Source: Candidatus Krumholzibacteriales bacterium
GTDB taxonomy: Bacteria > Krumholzibacteriota > Krumholzibacteriia > Krumholzibacteriales > WJIX01
DNA: 64,000 nt
NCBI GenBank assembly: GCA_046483305.1
Contig: JAWODM010000018.1
Span: 28,360 to 92,359, forward strand
Direction: 5' to 3'
The notes under the pieces were generated by a model that was given only the letters and a program-made list of their open reading frames with translations, searched no databases and was not told the DNA's origin. A program made the translations under genes and the position numbers. This document shows positions 36,002 to 45,806 of this stretch, in pieces. Every line of letters begins with the position of its first letter. The first letter of the stretch is position 1.

Positions 36002-36906
36002 ACGACCAGTCTGAACAGCGGGGAAATGACAGGAAAGAAGAAAAAAGATATGAACATGTCCTGATACCGGTATCAAACCCGGACACCGCCGAGGAACTGG
36101 TCAGGCTGGCCTGCAGCATCACCACACCCGCTTCCATACTTCACATAGTGAATGTAACCCCTGAAACCTCTTTTACCGACAGGACCACTTCCTGGAGAAA
36201 GAGCTCAAAACTGGTCGTGCAGATGACACACGTGGCCAGGCGGCTCGGCCGTGTAGCCAACCCGAAAGCGGTAACTTCACAGTCGATCGCAGATGCCGTG
36301 GTGAAAACGGCTGAAGAGATTGAAGCTGATCTGATTATCATGGGGTGGTTCGGGAAAGTTATCCCGGTTGCGGTAAGGAAAAGCAGAGTGGTCAACAAGG
36401 TGCTGCACAGGGCGGGGTGCGACACGGCGGTACTGAAGTCCCGGGGGCAGCTCCAGGAGGTAAAAAGGATTATTTTCCCGGTGGGGCCGAAGTTTGACGA
36501 CGAACGTTTTGCCGCGCTGAAGGCGTTCAGGAGAATAAGAGGTACAGAAGTAGTATTCGTGAATGTGCTGACTCCCGGTACGAATAAAAATGAAGAACAG
36601 GCGCGCGAAATCCTCTCTGAATATGCCAATCAATTGAGCGGCCCTGCGGAATCCAGAGTAATACATTCCAGAAATGTCGTGGAAGGTATATTGAGTATAG
36701 CCGAGAAACAGGACCTGATAGTTATCGGCCCGGGCCGGGAATGGGTATTCAACAGGTTCCTGTTCGGCCTTCGCGCGGATCAGATAACAAACCGGGCTCC
36801 CTGCTCGGTCCTTCTGTACAAATCCAGGGAGGTAAAGGTAAAGTCCTGGATTCGGGGCCTGTTCAAGGCAGCCTGGATGAGTCTTTCCAGCAGCGGAAAA
36901 GAATAA
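35998..36906 (+). CDS. tandem universal stress protein (UspA-family) domain protein
   Basis: 302 aa, two Usp-like halves (HVLIPVSNPDTAEELVRLA...DLIIMGW; RIIFPVGPKFDDERF...DLIVIGPG). ATGA overlap with kdpC. Confidence 0.7.
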   Translation: MNDQSEQRGNDRKEEKRYEHVLIPVSNPDTAEELVRLACSITTPASILHIVNVTPETSFTDRTTSWRKSSKLVVQMTHVARRLGRVANPKAVTSQSIADAVVKTAEEIEADLIIMGWFGKVIPVAVRKSRVVNKVLHRAGCDTAVLKSRGQLQEVKRIIFPVGPKFDDERFAALKAFRRIRGTEVVFVNVLTPGTNKNEEQAREILSEYANQLSGPAESRVIHSRNVVEGILSIAEKQDLIVIGPGREWVFNRFLFGLRADQITNRAPCSVLLYKSREVKVKSWIRGLFKAAWMSLSSSGKE

Positions 36907-37452
36907 CCATGCTGGTAAACCTTAAGATCTGCATAAGATGAACTCCACCGATTGGCCTGTTCCGGTTTTTCCAGAGCTTTCTCCACGCATTTCATAAGCG
37001 CCCTGGATGTAGCCGTCTCTCCGGAGGCCGTATCCACCCGTGGGGATTGTTCTTTCATCATGCGGGGTATTACCTGAAGGCCCTTCCGGACGTATTCATT
37101 GCCGGCCCCGTTCTCCAGAATTTCGATATTCCTTATTTCCCCGGATTGTACTGATACCGGAATCGCTGAAACCCAGATGCCGGGCACCTCCTTCAGGGTT
37201 TTGTACATTATGTTTCAGCCCTTTTCCGTCCCGTATGCCGGTCTCCTGCCTAAGGGCCAGTTCAGGAAAGCGGGGCAGGCGCAGTGCGCTTCTTATCTGC
37301 CGGATAACTGTCACCCCTGGCCCGGAGCTCCCATCCCGGCAGAAACCGCCGCTGAGCAAAGTTGCCTCTCCCCGCTGGCGTGAAATTTCCATTCAGCGCC
37401 GGCCGTTCCGGCAGAGAACTATCTGAATGCCAGACATATTGAGCTGACGATG

Positions 37453-38907
37453 TCAGCTTCCCCCTACCCCTTCGGCGATACGGTCGCCGGCCTCCCTGTC
37501 GATGTTGCGCCAGTATTCGAAAGCCCGCTCGAGGACCGGTTCAGTCACTCCATTCTTCAGGTGCCCGATCACGTTGGATACCAGCCGGTCGCGCTGCGCG
37601 TCATCCATCACTTCCCTTACCAGGGTTCCGGGCTGCACGAAGTCGTCATCATCCTCGCGCCTGGTGTAGGCCGCGCGGATGAACTCGCCGCTTGCGCTCC
37701 AGATCGCATCCTCAGGATAGCGCTCCGGATCCGGCCTGGGACCTCCCTTTGAGTTCGGCTTGTATACGGGATCTGAAACGTTATCGATTCTCATCCTGCC
37801 ACCCTTGCTGTAGCTGCGTACAGGGCATTTCGGCCGGTTCACCGGGATCTGCTTGTAGTTGACGCCCAGGCGCGCCCTGTGAGCGTCACCGTAGGAAACC
37901 AGGCGGGCAAGAAGCATCTTATCCGGGCTGGGGCCGATACCCGGCACCAGGTTGTTCGGCTCGAAGGCCGCCTGTTCGATCTCGGAGTGAAAGTCGGACG
38001 GATTGCGGTCCAGTGTCAGCCGCCCCACTTCATGCACCGGATAGTCGCCATGGGGCCATACCTTGGTCAGGTCGAACGGATTGAACCGGTAGGTCCCGGC
38101 CTCTTCGAAAGGCATGATCTGAACTTTCAGGGTCCAGCTTGGATAGTCGCCCCTCTTGATCGCTTCGAACAGGTCGCGTCGGTGGTAATCGGCGTCCTCT
38201 CCTGCTATGCGGTCGCCCTCCTCCTGAGTAAGGAATTCTATTCCCTGGTCAGTCTTGAAGTGGTATTTAACCCAGAACCGCTCCCCTTCGGCGTTGATCC
38301 ACATAAAGGTATGGCTGCTGTAGCCGTTCATGTGCCGGTAGCTCCTGGGGATGCCGCGGTCGCTCATCAGGATGGTAACCTGGTGAGCTGATTCAGGGGA
38401 CAGGGTCCAGAAGTCCCACTGCATGTCGTTGTCCCGCAGCCCGCTGTCCGCGCGGCGCTTCTGTGAATGTATGAAGTCCTGGAACTTCATGGGGTCGCGC
38501 ACAAAGAACACCGGCGTGTTGTTCCCCACCATGTCGTAGTTACCCCCGGTGGTATAGAACTTCAGGGCGAAACCCCGGACATCCCTCCAGGTGTCGGGGC
38601 TGCCGCTTTCGCCGGCTACCGTGGAAAACCGGGCCAGCACCTCGGTTTTCGTCCCTGGCTGGAATACCGCCGCCCTGGTATAGGCGCTGACGTCCCCAGT
38701 CACCTCGAAGTGTCCAAAGGCGCCGGAGCCCTTCGCATGGGGCTGGCGGTCCGGAATCATCTCCCGGTTGAAATTTGCCATCTGCTCGACCAGGTAGTGG
38801 TCGTGAAGCAGGATCGGTCCGTCCGGCCCCACGGTAAGTGAATATTCGTCGCTGGATACGGGGATCCCGGCATCTGTCGTTGTAAAATTACGATCATCTT
38901 TTTTCAT
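37453..38907 (-). CDS. monofunctional heme catalase (small-subunit type)
   Basis: Start at [10 protein letters not shown] (ATG 38907). Catalase blocks [46 protein letters not shown]. Confidence 0.93.
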   Translation of the reverse strand: MKKDDRNFTTTDAGIPVSSDEYSLTVGPDGPILLHDHYLVEQMANFNREMIPDRQPHAKGSGAFGHFEVTGDVSAYTRAAVFQPGTKTEVLARFSTVAGESGSPDTWRDVRGFALKFYTTGGNYDMVGNNTPVFFVRDPMKFQDFIHSQKRRADSGLRDNDMQWDFWTLSPESAHQVTILMSDRGIPRSYRHMNGYSSHTFMWINAEGERFWVKYHFKTDQGIEFLTQEEGDRIAGEDADYHRRDLFEAIKRGDYPSWTLKVQIMPFEEAGTYRFNPFDLTKVWPHGDYPVHEVGRLTLDRNPSDFHSEIEQAAFEPNNLVPGIGPSPDKMLLARLVSYGDAHRARLGVNYKQIPVNRPKCPVRSYSKGGRMRIDNVSDPVYKPNSKGGPRPDPERYPEDAIWSASGEFIRAAYTRREDDDDFVQPGTLVREVMDDAQRDRLVSNVIGHLKNGVTEPVLERAFEYWRNIDREAGDRIAEGVGGS

Positions 38908-39502
38908 GGTAATACCCCCCAATTATTTAACTGCAGTAATTAACCATCTGATTCTTACTCCCGGCATCGAGGTGCAGATCAGGGATGGGAAGGTCACAAT
39001 TCAGCTGGCAGAGCCTGCTGTCCTCCGGACTTCTATAAGATCTGGAGCCGAGCACCGTCAGTAATGCTGATTCTCTCATTTATATGCCCTTCATTCAATA
39101 TATTTTATCATTAAATTGACCGGGCCGGTCATCCCAGGCCCCTGGTAATCATTGGAAACCATTAAGATACAGATTAGTTCAATCAATAAAGACAACCCGG
39201 CAGACATCACCTGCCCGGCAGCGTTTCATCCTCATTAAGCGCCGATATTCGCCTCAACTGTAAGATGAGCAGAGGTTGCACGGCCTTTAAGTTGAACTTT
39301 CCTGCAGCGGGTGGCTCACCATTCCATCAACTATCTTTCGGTGGCCGAATTAACCCGGACACAAGGGCAACCGGCCGGAATCCGGGCTCCCGGATTATTA
39401 AATTGCCGGATTGCATATTTATCTCTTGAAGCCTGGCCGTTATCAGTCTATTATCAGAGCCATAAATCAGATGGTTGCTTTTGAATCTCAAGGGAGAGTA
39501 AA

Positions 39503-40051
39503 ATGAAGAAATTGATATTAACTCTCGCGATAATCCTGCTTCTGGCAACTGATGTTTATGCCTGTGAAGCTTATACAGCGTTTCTGTTTACAGAAGGAGA
39601 AGACCCGACTGCTGAAACATGCGAGGCATATCCTGCCCAGTTTGAAAGCATAGATATCAGACTCTGGATTTGCAGTGACCCCGGCAGAGGATTGGCAGGC
39701 TTCGAGCTGGGAATTGACTTCGACAGCGATGATACGGTGGGGTACACCCTGAATCCCGGAGTAGGCCCCATAATCGGCGATATTACATCTGAAGCTTTCG
39801 CTGGAGCTTTTATGGTGTGCCAGACTGATCAATGGGTATGGATTGTAAAGTATCAGGTTTTATATGCCGGAACACCCCACAGGATTTACCTGGTCCTGAA
39901 CTCAGAAACAGTTCAGTCGATAGTAACATCATGTGAAACCGATTACCCCCAATATGAACTCTCCGAAGGAAACCGCTTCGGAGTAAATATGGCCTGTATA
40001 GTCGACTCTGAAGAAGAGAGTTGGGGAGCAGTGAAAGCCATGTACAGGTAA
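39503..40051 (+). CDS. secreted protein, unknown function (cohesin-like beta-sandwich suspected)
   Basis: 182 aa. Signal peptide MKKLILTLAIILLLATDVYA. Segment GLAGFELGIDFDSDD resembles cohesin-type folds. Ends ...ESWGAVKAMYR. SD GGGAGAG upstream. Confidence 0.55.
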   Translation: MKKLILTLAIILLLATDVYACEAYTAFLFTEGEDPTAETCEAYPAQFESIDIRLWICSDPGRGLAGFELGIDFDSDDTVGYTLNPGVGPIIGDITSEAFAGAFMVCQTDQWVWIVKYQVLYAGTPHRIYLVLNSETVQSIVTSCETDYPQYELSEGNRFGVNMACIVDSEEESWGAVKAMYR

Positions 40052-40318
40052 TCCCGGGAAGAAAACGCGCTGAAGTAGTGTTTCAAAATATTTAATTTCA
40101 GCAATCCCGGCCCATTGACATTTAACACACCCGGCTGACGTAGAGGATAAGACACGGGATTATGGGGTCCTCTTCGGATTAAAAACAGCGGCAGACTTCA
40201 GCTCTCCGGGCCGGGCAGGCACTGAAGGCCCCTGGCCAGGCCGAAACCCCGTGAATTGATCAAGGATATTATTCACCCCGGTTGCCTTATAGTTATATAC
40301 ACTCTGCTGAGGTCAGTC

Positions 40319-41530
40319 CTACTCCGCTTGAGAATAACCCGGAGTCGGCCGTGGGATAATCTCGAAATCAAAGGTGGAATCGTTGGTGTCCAGCCCCAGC
40401 TCCCTTCTTTCCACTGACTGGCCGCTGTACTTGACAATACCGATACCGGCAAACCCCGCGTCCACTCTCCGGGTCAGGTTCTTGATCCTGTCAGCCTGTG
40501 ATGAGTACTCCACTCCATCTATCACATCATCCAGAGGGATTACAATCTGCTGACTGGTGGCCCCCGAAGACTGAACATAATCCTCTATTGTCCAGTTTTC
40601 TCCGGTGGCCAGCACCACAGCATCATACCCCAGGTTTATCATCCAGTCCGGGCCCATATCGGGGTTAATTGAGAGCAGGTTGGGCACTTCGGGATTGTCG
40701 TAATCATACTTCTGGGGATTGAAAGTTTCCCAGTCCGCATCGGACAGGTCCACACTGTTTTCAGCCCACATGGTATGGTCCATGGCATCTCCGGCTATAA
40801 CCACTATCTCCCCCGGGGCAATGGGGTACTCTCTCCCGGTAACCGGAGTTCCCGGAAACTGGTAGGCGTAGATCGCTCTGACATAATCCAGCGGCGGGTC
40901 TTCCACATCGGCTTCTACCGGCCTCTGCCTGGTTATTATCATTCCGTCCAGGTACATGGTGTCCGCGGAAGCGTTGTACAGCTCGCAGAACTGGCCATAG
41001 AAATAGAACGATGAGGCATCCGAGCCGCAGAAATATATCTCGTTTATCATCAGGTCGCTGGACCTTATCAGAGAGATCACCACGGTGTCTTCGACAGCCT
41101 CATCCCCCAATATCCTGTAATCGCCGCCGCCGGTGAACACCTTTTTGGCATCGCCAAGATCGAGACTGGAAGTGGCGAAGATCGAGTAATCTCCGGTGGG
41201 CAGATCATAGAAAGAAGCCACTCCAGACATGTCTGTAGTTGTTACCATGTTGTACTCGTGATTTCTGGCGGAAAGATGAATCTCCGCGCCGTCTACGAAG
41301 TTGATCGGCATGGACTCTATTCCGCCGAAGAGGCCGGAAGTATCGGCCACAGCCACTTCCAGGTAACCTTCACCGTCGGGCATTTCAGGCATGTCCTCCC
41401 CGCAGCCCGTCATTACTGCAGCTGCCAGCACAAAAATAATGACTGCAACTGTCCGGTATATTGTATGTGAAAATAGTTCAGTGATCCTGCTGATCTTTTC
41501 GCTGCTTTTCTTATTATCCACGGCCAGCAT
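40319..41530 (-). CDS. lipoprotein with carboxypeptidase-regulatory-like and lamin-tail (LTD)-like domains
   Basis: Start at MLAVDNKK (ATG 41530, SD AGGAGGAG). Lipobox VMTGC. Ig-like segment (GDYSIFATS). LTD-like segment MINEIYFCGS...FCELYNASADTMYLDGMII. Confidence 0.5.
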   Translation of the reverse strand: MLAVDNKKSSEKISRITELFSHTIYRTVAVIIFVLAAAVMTGCGEDMPEMPDGEGYLEVAVADTSGLFGGIESMPINFVDGAEIHLSARNHEYNMVTTTDMSGVASFYDLPTGDYSIFATSSLDLGDAKKVFTGGGDYRILGDEAVEDTVVISLIRSSDLMINEIYFCGSDASSFYFYGQFCELYNASADTMYLDGMIITRQRPVEADVEDPPLDYVRAIYAYQFPGTPVTGREYPIAPGEIVVIAGDAMDHTMWAENSVDLSDADWETFNPQKYDYDNPEVPNLLSINPDMGPDWMINLGYDAVVLATGENWTIEDYVQSSGATSQQIVIPLDDVIDGVEYSSQADRIKNLTRRVDAGFAGIGIVKYSGQSVERRELGLDTNDSTFDFEIIPRPTPGYSQAE

Positions 41531-42010
41531 AATAACTCCTCCTGCGATATGCAACCACCTGGCGCCAGTTCATTCAATGTCCATTCAAATATATGATAAC
41601 AGGCCGATGCTGTCAATTCTGTCAGAAACAGCGCTGTAATAAAACCGGGCATACCCCTTGAAGGAATTGGAGTATTAACATCGCAGAAGACGCTGTTTTT
41701 CAACTCCGGTTCAATGATTTCACCTGCAGCCTAACCTCCTTTCCATACGAGAGGTCGAGAAGAATATTTGCTTGCTATCTATTTTATGCAAAATCTCTTT
41801 TAACATGGAGATTGTCCCGGACCAGTTTTCATCCATCGGCGCATATTTCCTGTCCCGTATTCATTTGTTTATTTATCCGCGACTTTTGACCTCAACTTTA
41901 TTTTTTATGCAAGGATATCCCGCTTCCCGGGAAACCGGAGCCTCAGGTCAACACCAGAAGAGCTTGTGGCGTTGCGGGAGCAACTTCTCTCATATGAATT
42001 GCTGCATTGA

Positions 42011-43315
42011 TTAGAAATTGAAATTCGTTCTGAGCCCGAAAAGAGCTATTCGTTCCGAACCGCCGCCCGCGTTCCAGACCATCTGAAGGTGGGGCGAGAG
42101 GCAGGCCCATTTATTCAGACGGCAGCGAGAGTAAATTTCCATTATCCGTTCATTATTCAGGTCATGATCTGCGGGTATATTCTCTCCTGCCGCAAGGCCC
42201 AGCACCACTGTTTTGCCGGCAATCTCCCGCACAAGGCGGGTTCCGGCGCTCCAGGACGATTCGATTCTCCAGAAGTCGGCGAGATCATCCTGGTTTCTGC
42301 CGTAACGGGCGAATAGATTGAAAGCTCCAAACGACACGTGATCGAGACTGACGCCATACCCGTAGGCGCCTTCAGCTGAGGGATGCTGATAGCCGTAAAC
42401 CCGGAAATTGGATTCAAAATCTGAATCGGGCAGAAAAGCAATCCCGATACCGGCTATCCTGTATATTTCTTCAAACAGGTCTTTTCCCGAATTGTCCGCG
42501 CTGGAAAGCCCCACCTGAAAGTGAAGGCGATTTGCCAGGGTGGTCCGAAAACGAACCCCAGGGGCGTTTTCCGGCACGGCGAAGGCGGCGCTGTTTACAA
42601 ACGCGCTGCTGATGAACTGGGTAGTCTCATCATTAGCCGAGGCATTATTATCAAAATAGTTGGTCAGGTCGATCTTTCCGGCGGTGATTGTAAATATCCT
42701 GTCACACATGGTAAATTCAGACCAGGCCTCCAGCACGGTCAGACGGTCCACCCCGTCTTCGTCCTGAGTTGAGCCCGCGTCGTCATTCAGCCCGGCCATT
42801 GTTGAATAAAACTCGTCCGGCCCGTCCCCCCCAACCGCTTCCAGATCGAAGAAGAGCAGGCTGTGAGGCCCGAAGGCGGTATGGGCGTAGATATCAAATG
42901 ACCCGGCCCCCATGGTGTGACCGTCTCCGCCGCCATGTCCATACTGCAGAATGGTGGTTGAACCTCCGTTGAATCTGAGCTGCCCCGGCCTTCTGGTGAT
43001 AGCCTCCAAAAGCGCTTCAACTCTGTTCCGCCTGCTTCTTCTGTTCATATTCGCCCTCTCTACATTCTCATCGTCCTCCTCCATCAGCGCAACCAAGTCA
43101 TCCGCACTTGCAAGGCCTCTACCCCTGCCTCTTCGCCTTCCCCCTCCACTCTGCTCCTCCATCGACTGTATCTTTCTGCGCAGGGAATCAATTTCAGCTT
43201 CCAGCCGGCGGATACTGCGCGCCGTGGTTGAATCAGCTTCCCGGGCTATGACCATTTCAGCTGGGATAGTTGATAAAATTATTAAAAGTAATAAAAGGGC
43301 AGAATATCTGTTCAT
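42011..43315 (-). CDS. putative outer-membrane porin with N-terminal coiled coil (OprB-like)
   Basis: Start at MNRYSALLLLL (ATG 43315). Signal peptide, coiled coil (SIRRLEAEIDSLRRKIQSMEEQ), beta-barrel-like remainder ending ...LFGLRTNFNF. Confidence 0.5.
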   Translation of the reverse strand: MNRYSALLLLLIILSTIPAEMVIAREADSTTARSIRRLEAEIDSLRRKIQSMEEQSGGGRRRGRGRGLASADDLVALMEEDDENVERANMNRRSRRNRVEALLEAITRRPGQLRFNGGSTTILQYGHGGGDGHTMGAGSFDIYAHTAFGPHSLLFFDLEAVGGDGPDEFYSTMAGLNDDAGSTQDEDGVDRLTVLEAWSEFTMCDRIFTITAGKIDLTNYFDNNASANDETTQFISSAFVNSAAFAVPENAPGVRFRTTLANRLHFQVGLSSADNSGKDLFEEIYRIAGIGIAFLPDSDFESNFRVYGYQHPSAEGAYGYGVSLDHVSFGAFNLFARYGRNQDDLADFWRIESSWSAGTRLVREIAGKTVVLGLAAGENIPADHDLNNERIMEIYSRCRLNKWACLSPHLQMVWNAGGGSERIALFGLRTNFNF

Positions 43316-43762
43316 GACTCTTTCCTGTTCCATAACTTATTTATACATCGAGCTTTCCAGAACCCAGTGATATTTTTTAATCCTGTTATGGCATTACGCT
43401 TACTTCACCAGGATTCAGGAATAGCCCGGGTTAATTACCAGAGCAAATTAACAGAAAGGATTGGAAGTTTCCACTAAAAAATGAAAGTAGATCCCCGGCG
43501 GGCATGCCCGTGCAACTCCGACCTGCGGGTTATTAGATGCCCTGTGCAATCAAGGAGGCAGAATCACGCTTTAAATTAACAGTTCTTTCAAGGTCAAACC
43601 TTTATCAGGCCCGGCTATTACTGAGGCTGGATTCTGAAATAAAGTAGAAACAGATCAGGTAACAGTCGAAAGAGACAATGACAGAAATATTCATCATGCA
43701 TATAATGGATTTAATGGTTAAGTCAATACACAATAAGATTCGTGAAAAAGGAGGCAATGACT

Positions 43763-43957
43763 ATGAAAGTGTCAGTAGACCAGGATCTATGCACCGGATG
43801 TGAATTATGTGTCGAAACATGCCCGGATATTTTCAAGATGGACGAGGATGTGGCAGTAGCTTACAAAAATAACGATCCCGTACCGGAAGAGATGGAAGAA
43901 TGCGCCAGGGAAGCCTCTGAAGGATGCCCTGTGGAAGCGATACCGCTGGAAGAATAA
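43763..43957 (+). CDS. small single-cluster ferredoxin
   Basis: 64 aa from MKVSVDQDLCTGCELCVETCPDIF...CPVEAI. AAGGAGG lies 8 nt upstream of ATG 43763. The ORF-track frame starts at GTG 43742. Confidence 0.85.
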   Translation: MKVSVDQDLCTGCELCVETCPDIFKMDEDVAVAYKNNDPVPEEMEECAREASEGCPVEAIPLEE

Positions 43958-44039
43958 AGAATACAATGCGTATTTAATTTCCGGTGAAAATGCGGGGTGC
44001 CGGTAAAGGCAGAAAAAGGAAAAGGGTAATTGCCTGGGA

Positions 44040-44741
44040 AAATCCTCATAATAGCGGTCGTACTGTTAATCCCGGCCGGATTCATTATTTCCAGGTCACA
44101 ACCTGACCGCGCTGCGGTCCTGGATTATCTGGAGAACGTGGATGAGAATTTCCGTTTCACCTTCAAGGAGCCGATGTCGATCTCTCTGACTCATCACAGA
44201 AAGCGGAACAGAACTCTTCTTTTGATTTCTCCAGGCGGCCGAGCCGGTGACTGGACGCCATCATGCTGCAATTCGAATACCTCAACAGGAAGAAGATCCC
44301 CCCGCTTGATCATTTCCTGAAATCGCTGGAAGGATTTGCTGACAGCGTCCCGGAGGGCGTCCCCCTTGCTATAGAGACAGGAAACAGCAACTACCTGCAT
44401 AGAGAGTATTTTCAGCCCCTGCGGGAAAAGAGCCTGATGCGCGTATTCTCCGAAAAGATCTATATGCCTCATGCTTACGGGGTCTATGAGAAGTCCGGTG
44501 ACCTGCTGGCCGTGGTGGCGGCTATCCGGCTGCCTGGTGGAGACAGGAAGGATATTGAAAGTTGACCGGTAAGGAATGGAATAAACTGGTTGACCCTGAA
44601 GATGACCTGGAGGAGGTAGCGGCTATGGCCAGGGATATTGCATGAAGAGAAATATATCTGACAATTAATATCAATAATCATTACGAAGGGTCCGCGCCGC
44701 TCACTATTGAGAGGCTCGAGGCGATGCCGGGGATCAGATAA
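44040..44741 (+). pseudogene. DUF72-family (YecE-like) gene, disrupted by frameshifts and an in-frame stop
   Basis: DUF72-like blocks are spread over three frames. They are ENFRFTFKEPMSISLTHH (frame of 44030..44320), MLQFEYLNRKKIPPLDHFLKSLEGF...AIETGNSNYL (44263..44565), and LTGKEWNKLVDPEDDLEEVAAMARDIA-TGA(44642-44644)-REIYLTININNHYEGSAPLTIERL (to 44741). The N-terminal ~50 aa are not recoverable. Confidence 0.6.
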
Positions 44742-44852
44742 TTATATTTTCCCCTGATGCCTGTATTGAGTATTGATTATCGTAAAATCCGGTTATGAAC
44801 AGACAGGGCCGCCCCGTTAGCCAGGTAGAGGTTTTACCAGCCGCCCATGAGC

Positions 44853-45380
44853 TTACCCTTGCCCATCCGCTTTGAATGCGTGGTGGAAGGTGACCTTTCC
44901 TTCAGGAATATACCCATCAAAGGAGAGAGCGAAAAAGGCCTCCCGCGGCACTCCATCATGAACGAGGCCGGCCGGATTCTCAAAGCCGATTTTTCCGTAG
45001 TAATCCGGATACCCCACCAAGCAGCATCCCGCCGCATTCAGGTTCTTCAGCTCGGATAACCCTTTCTCTATCAGAGCCTTGCCAACCCCCCTGCCCTGAT
45101 ATTCCGGCAACACCGATACCGGCCCAAGCCCATACCAGCCCGGTGTTCCGTCCGATACCGTCACCGGGGAGAATGCTATATGGCCGACAATCCTGCCATC
45201 CAATTCCGCAACCAGCGACAGGGTGAGGGCTCCGGCGGCGCGGAGAGCCTCTATGATGAAATGCTCCGTCTGGCCGCTGATTTCAAGGGTCTTGAACTCG
45301 GCAATGGTTACTCCGGTTATCGCGCCGATATCGGCGCCGGTCTCGTTTCTGATAATTATCGAGGGGATTATAGAATTCAT
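44853..45380 (-). CDS. GNAT-family N-acetyltransferase (YhbS-like)
   Basis: 175 aa. SLVAELDGRIVGHIAFSPV, YQGRGVGKALIEKGL, GYPDYYGKIGF, as in the COG3153/YhbS group. Confidence 0.8.
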   Translation of the reverse strand: MNSIIPSIIIRNETGADIGAITGVTIAEFKTLEISGQTEHFIIEALRAAGALTLSLVAELDGRIVGHIAFSPVTVSDGTPGWYGLGPVSVLPEYQGRGVGKALIEKGLSELKNLNAAGCCLVGYPDYYGKIGFENPAGLVHDGVPREAFFALSFDGYIPEGKVTFHHAFKADGQG

Positions 45381-45806
45381 TCCGGTCAGTACTCCTCATC
45401 TCCATCCAGGGCGAACCTGTAGCGAACGCTCATCGAAGCAGGTGTATCCAGATTGTCAGCGAAGTAACTCAGCCTTGCCGCAATGTCAACTTCTCCCCCA
45501 TCACTCTTTCTGATATTAAGTTTCAGTTCCAGCACCGCAATCATGGAGTTAAGTGTTCAGGTTGACGCCCCTTCAGTAGATTTAATTTTGGTTCTATATA
45601 GAGGCGGCGCTGTGCAGGCGACTTTAAGCAGACTGCCGTCTTTATAGCGCTGTCTGACCAGGTCGCGAATATGTTCTGCAATCGCTCGCTTTGGATTCTG
45701 CCCCAGCCAATAGAGATTGATTGCCATATCCGAAGGAAATCCAACGCTTCTATTTTCGTTTTCTTCTTTAGCCATTATCCCGGCACTCCCTTAAGCGCTA
45801 TGACAC

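Noticed and set aside
36780-37208. 142-aa minus-strand ORF downstream of the catalase
   Set aside because: It overlaps the USP gene end by 127 nt, has a weak SD and no recognisable family. It is kept only as part of the finding on 36907-37452, not as a feature.
39143-39155. Fur/PerR-like box (TGGTAATCATTGG) upstream of the catalase
   Set aside because: Only the TAATnATT core matches the 7-1-7 consensus and the flanks do not. It lies about 235 nt from the start. Too weak to call.
43389-43403. Sigma-54-like TGGCAT-N5-CTTAC upstream of the ferredoxin gene
   Set aside because: The -12 element is TTAC, not TTGC (the invariant GC is lost), and it lies about 360 nt from the start codon.
44853-45544. 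GNAT toxin / small antitoxin pair (a 52-codon ORF at 45386-45544 ends 5 nt before the GNAT start)
   Set aside because: The GNAT has the YhbS/COG3153 housekeeping-type pattern rather than the TacT/AtaT type. The small ORF shows no RHH or DUF1778 features.
45557-45775. 72-aa minus-strand ORF between the IS3 remnant and the GNAT
   Set aside because: No family, no clear SD, and it overlaps an alternative 67-aa frame. It cannot be supported as a gene.
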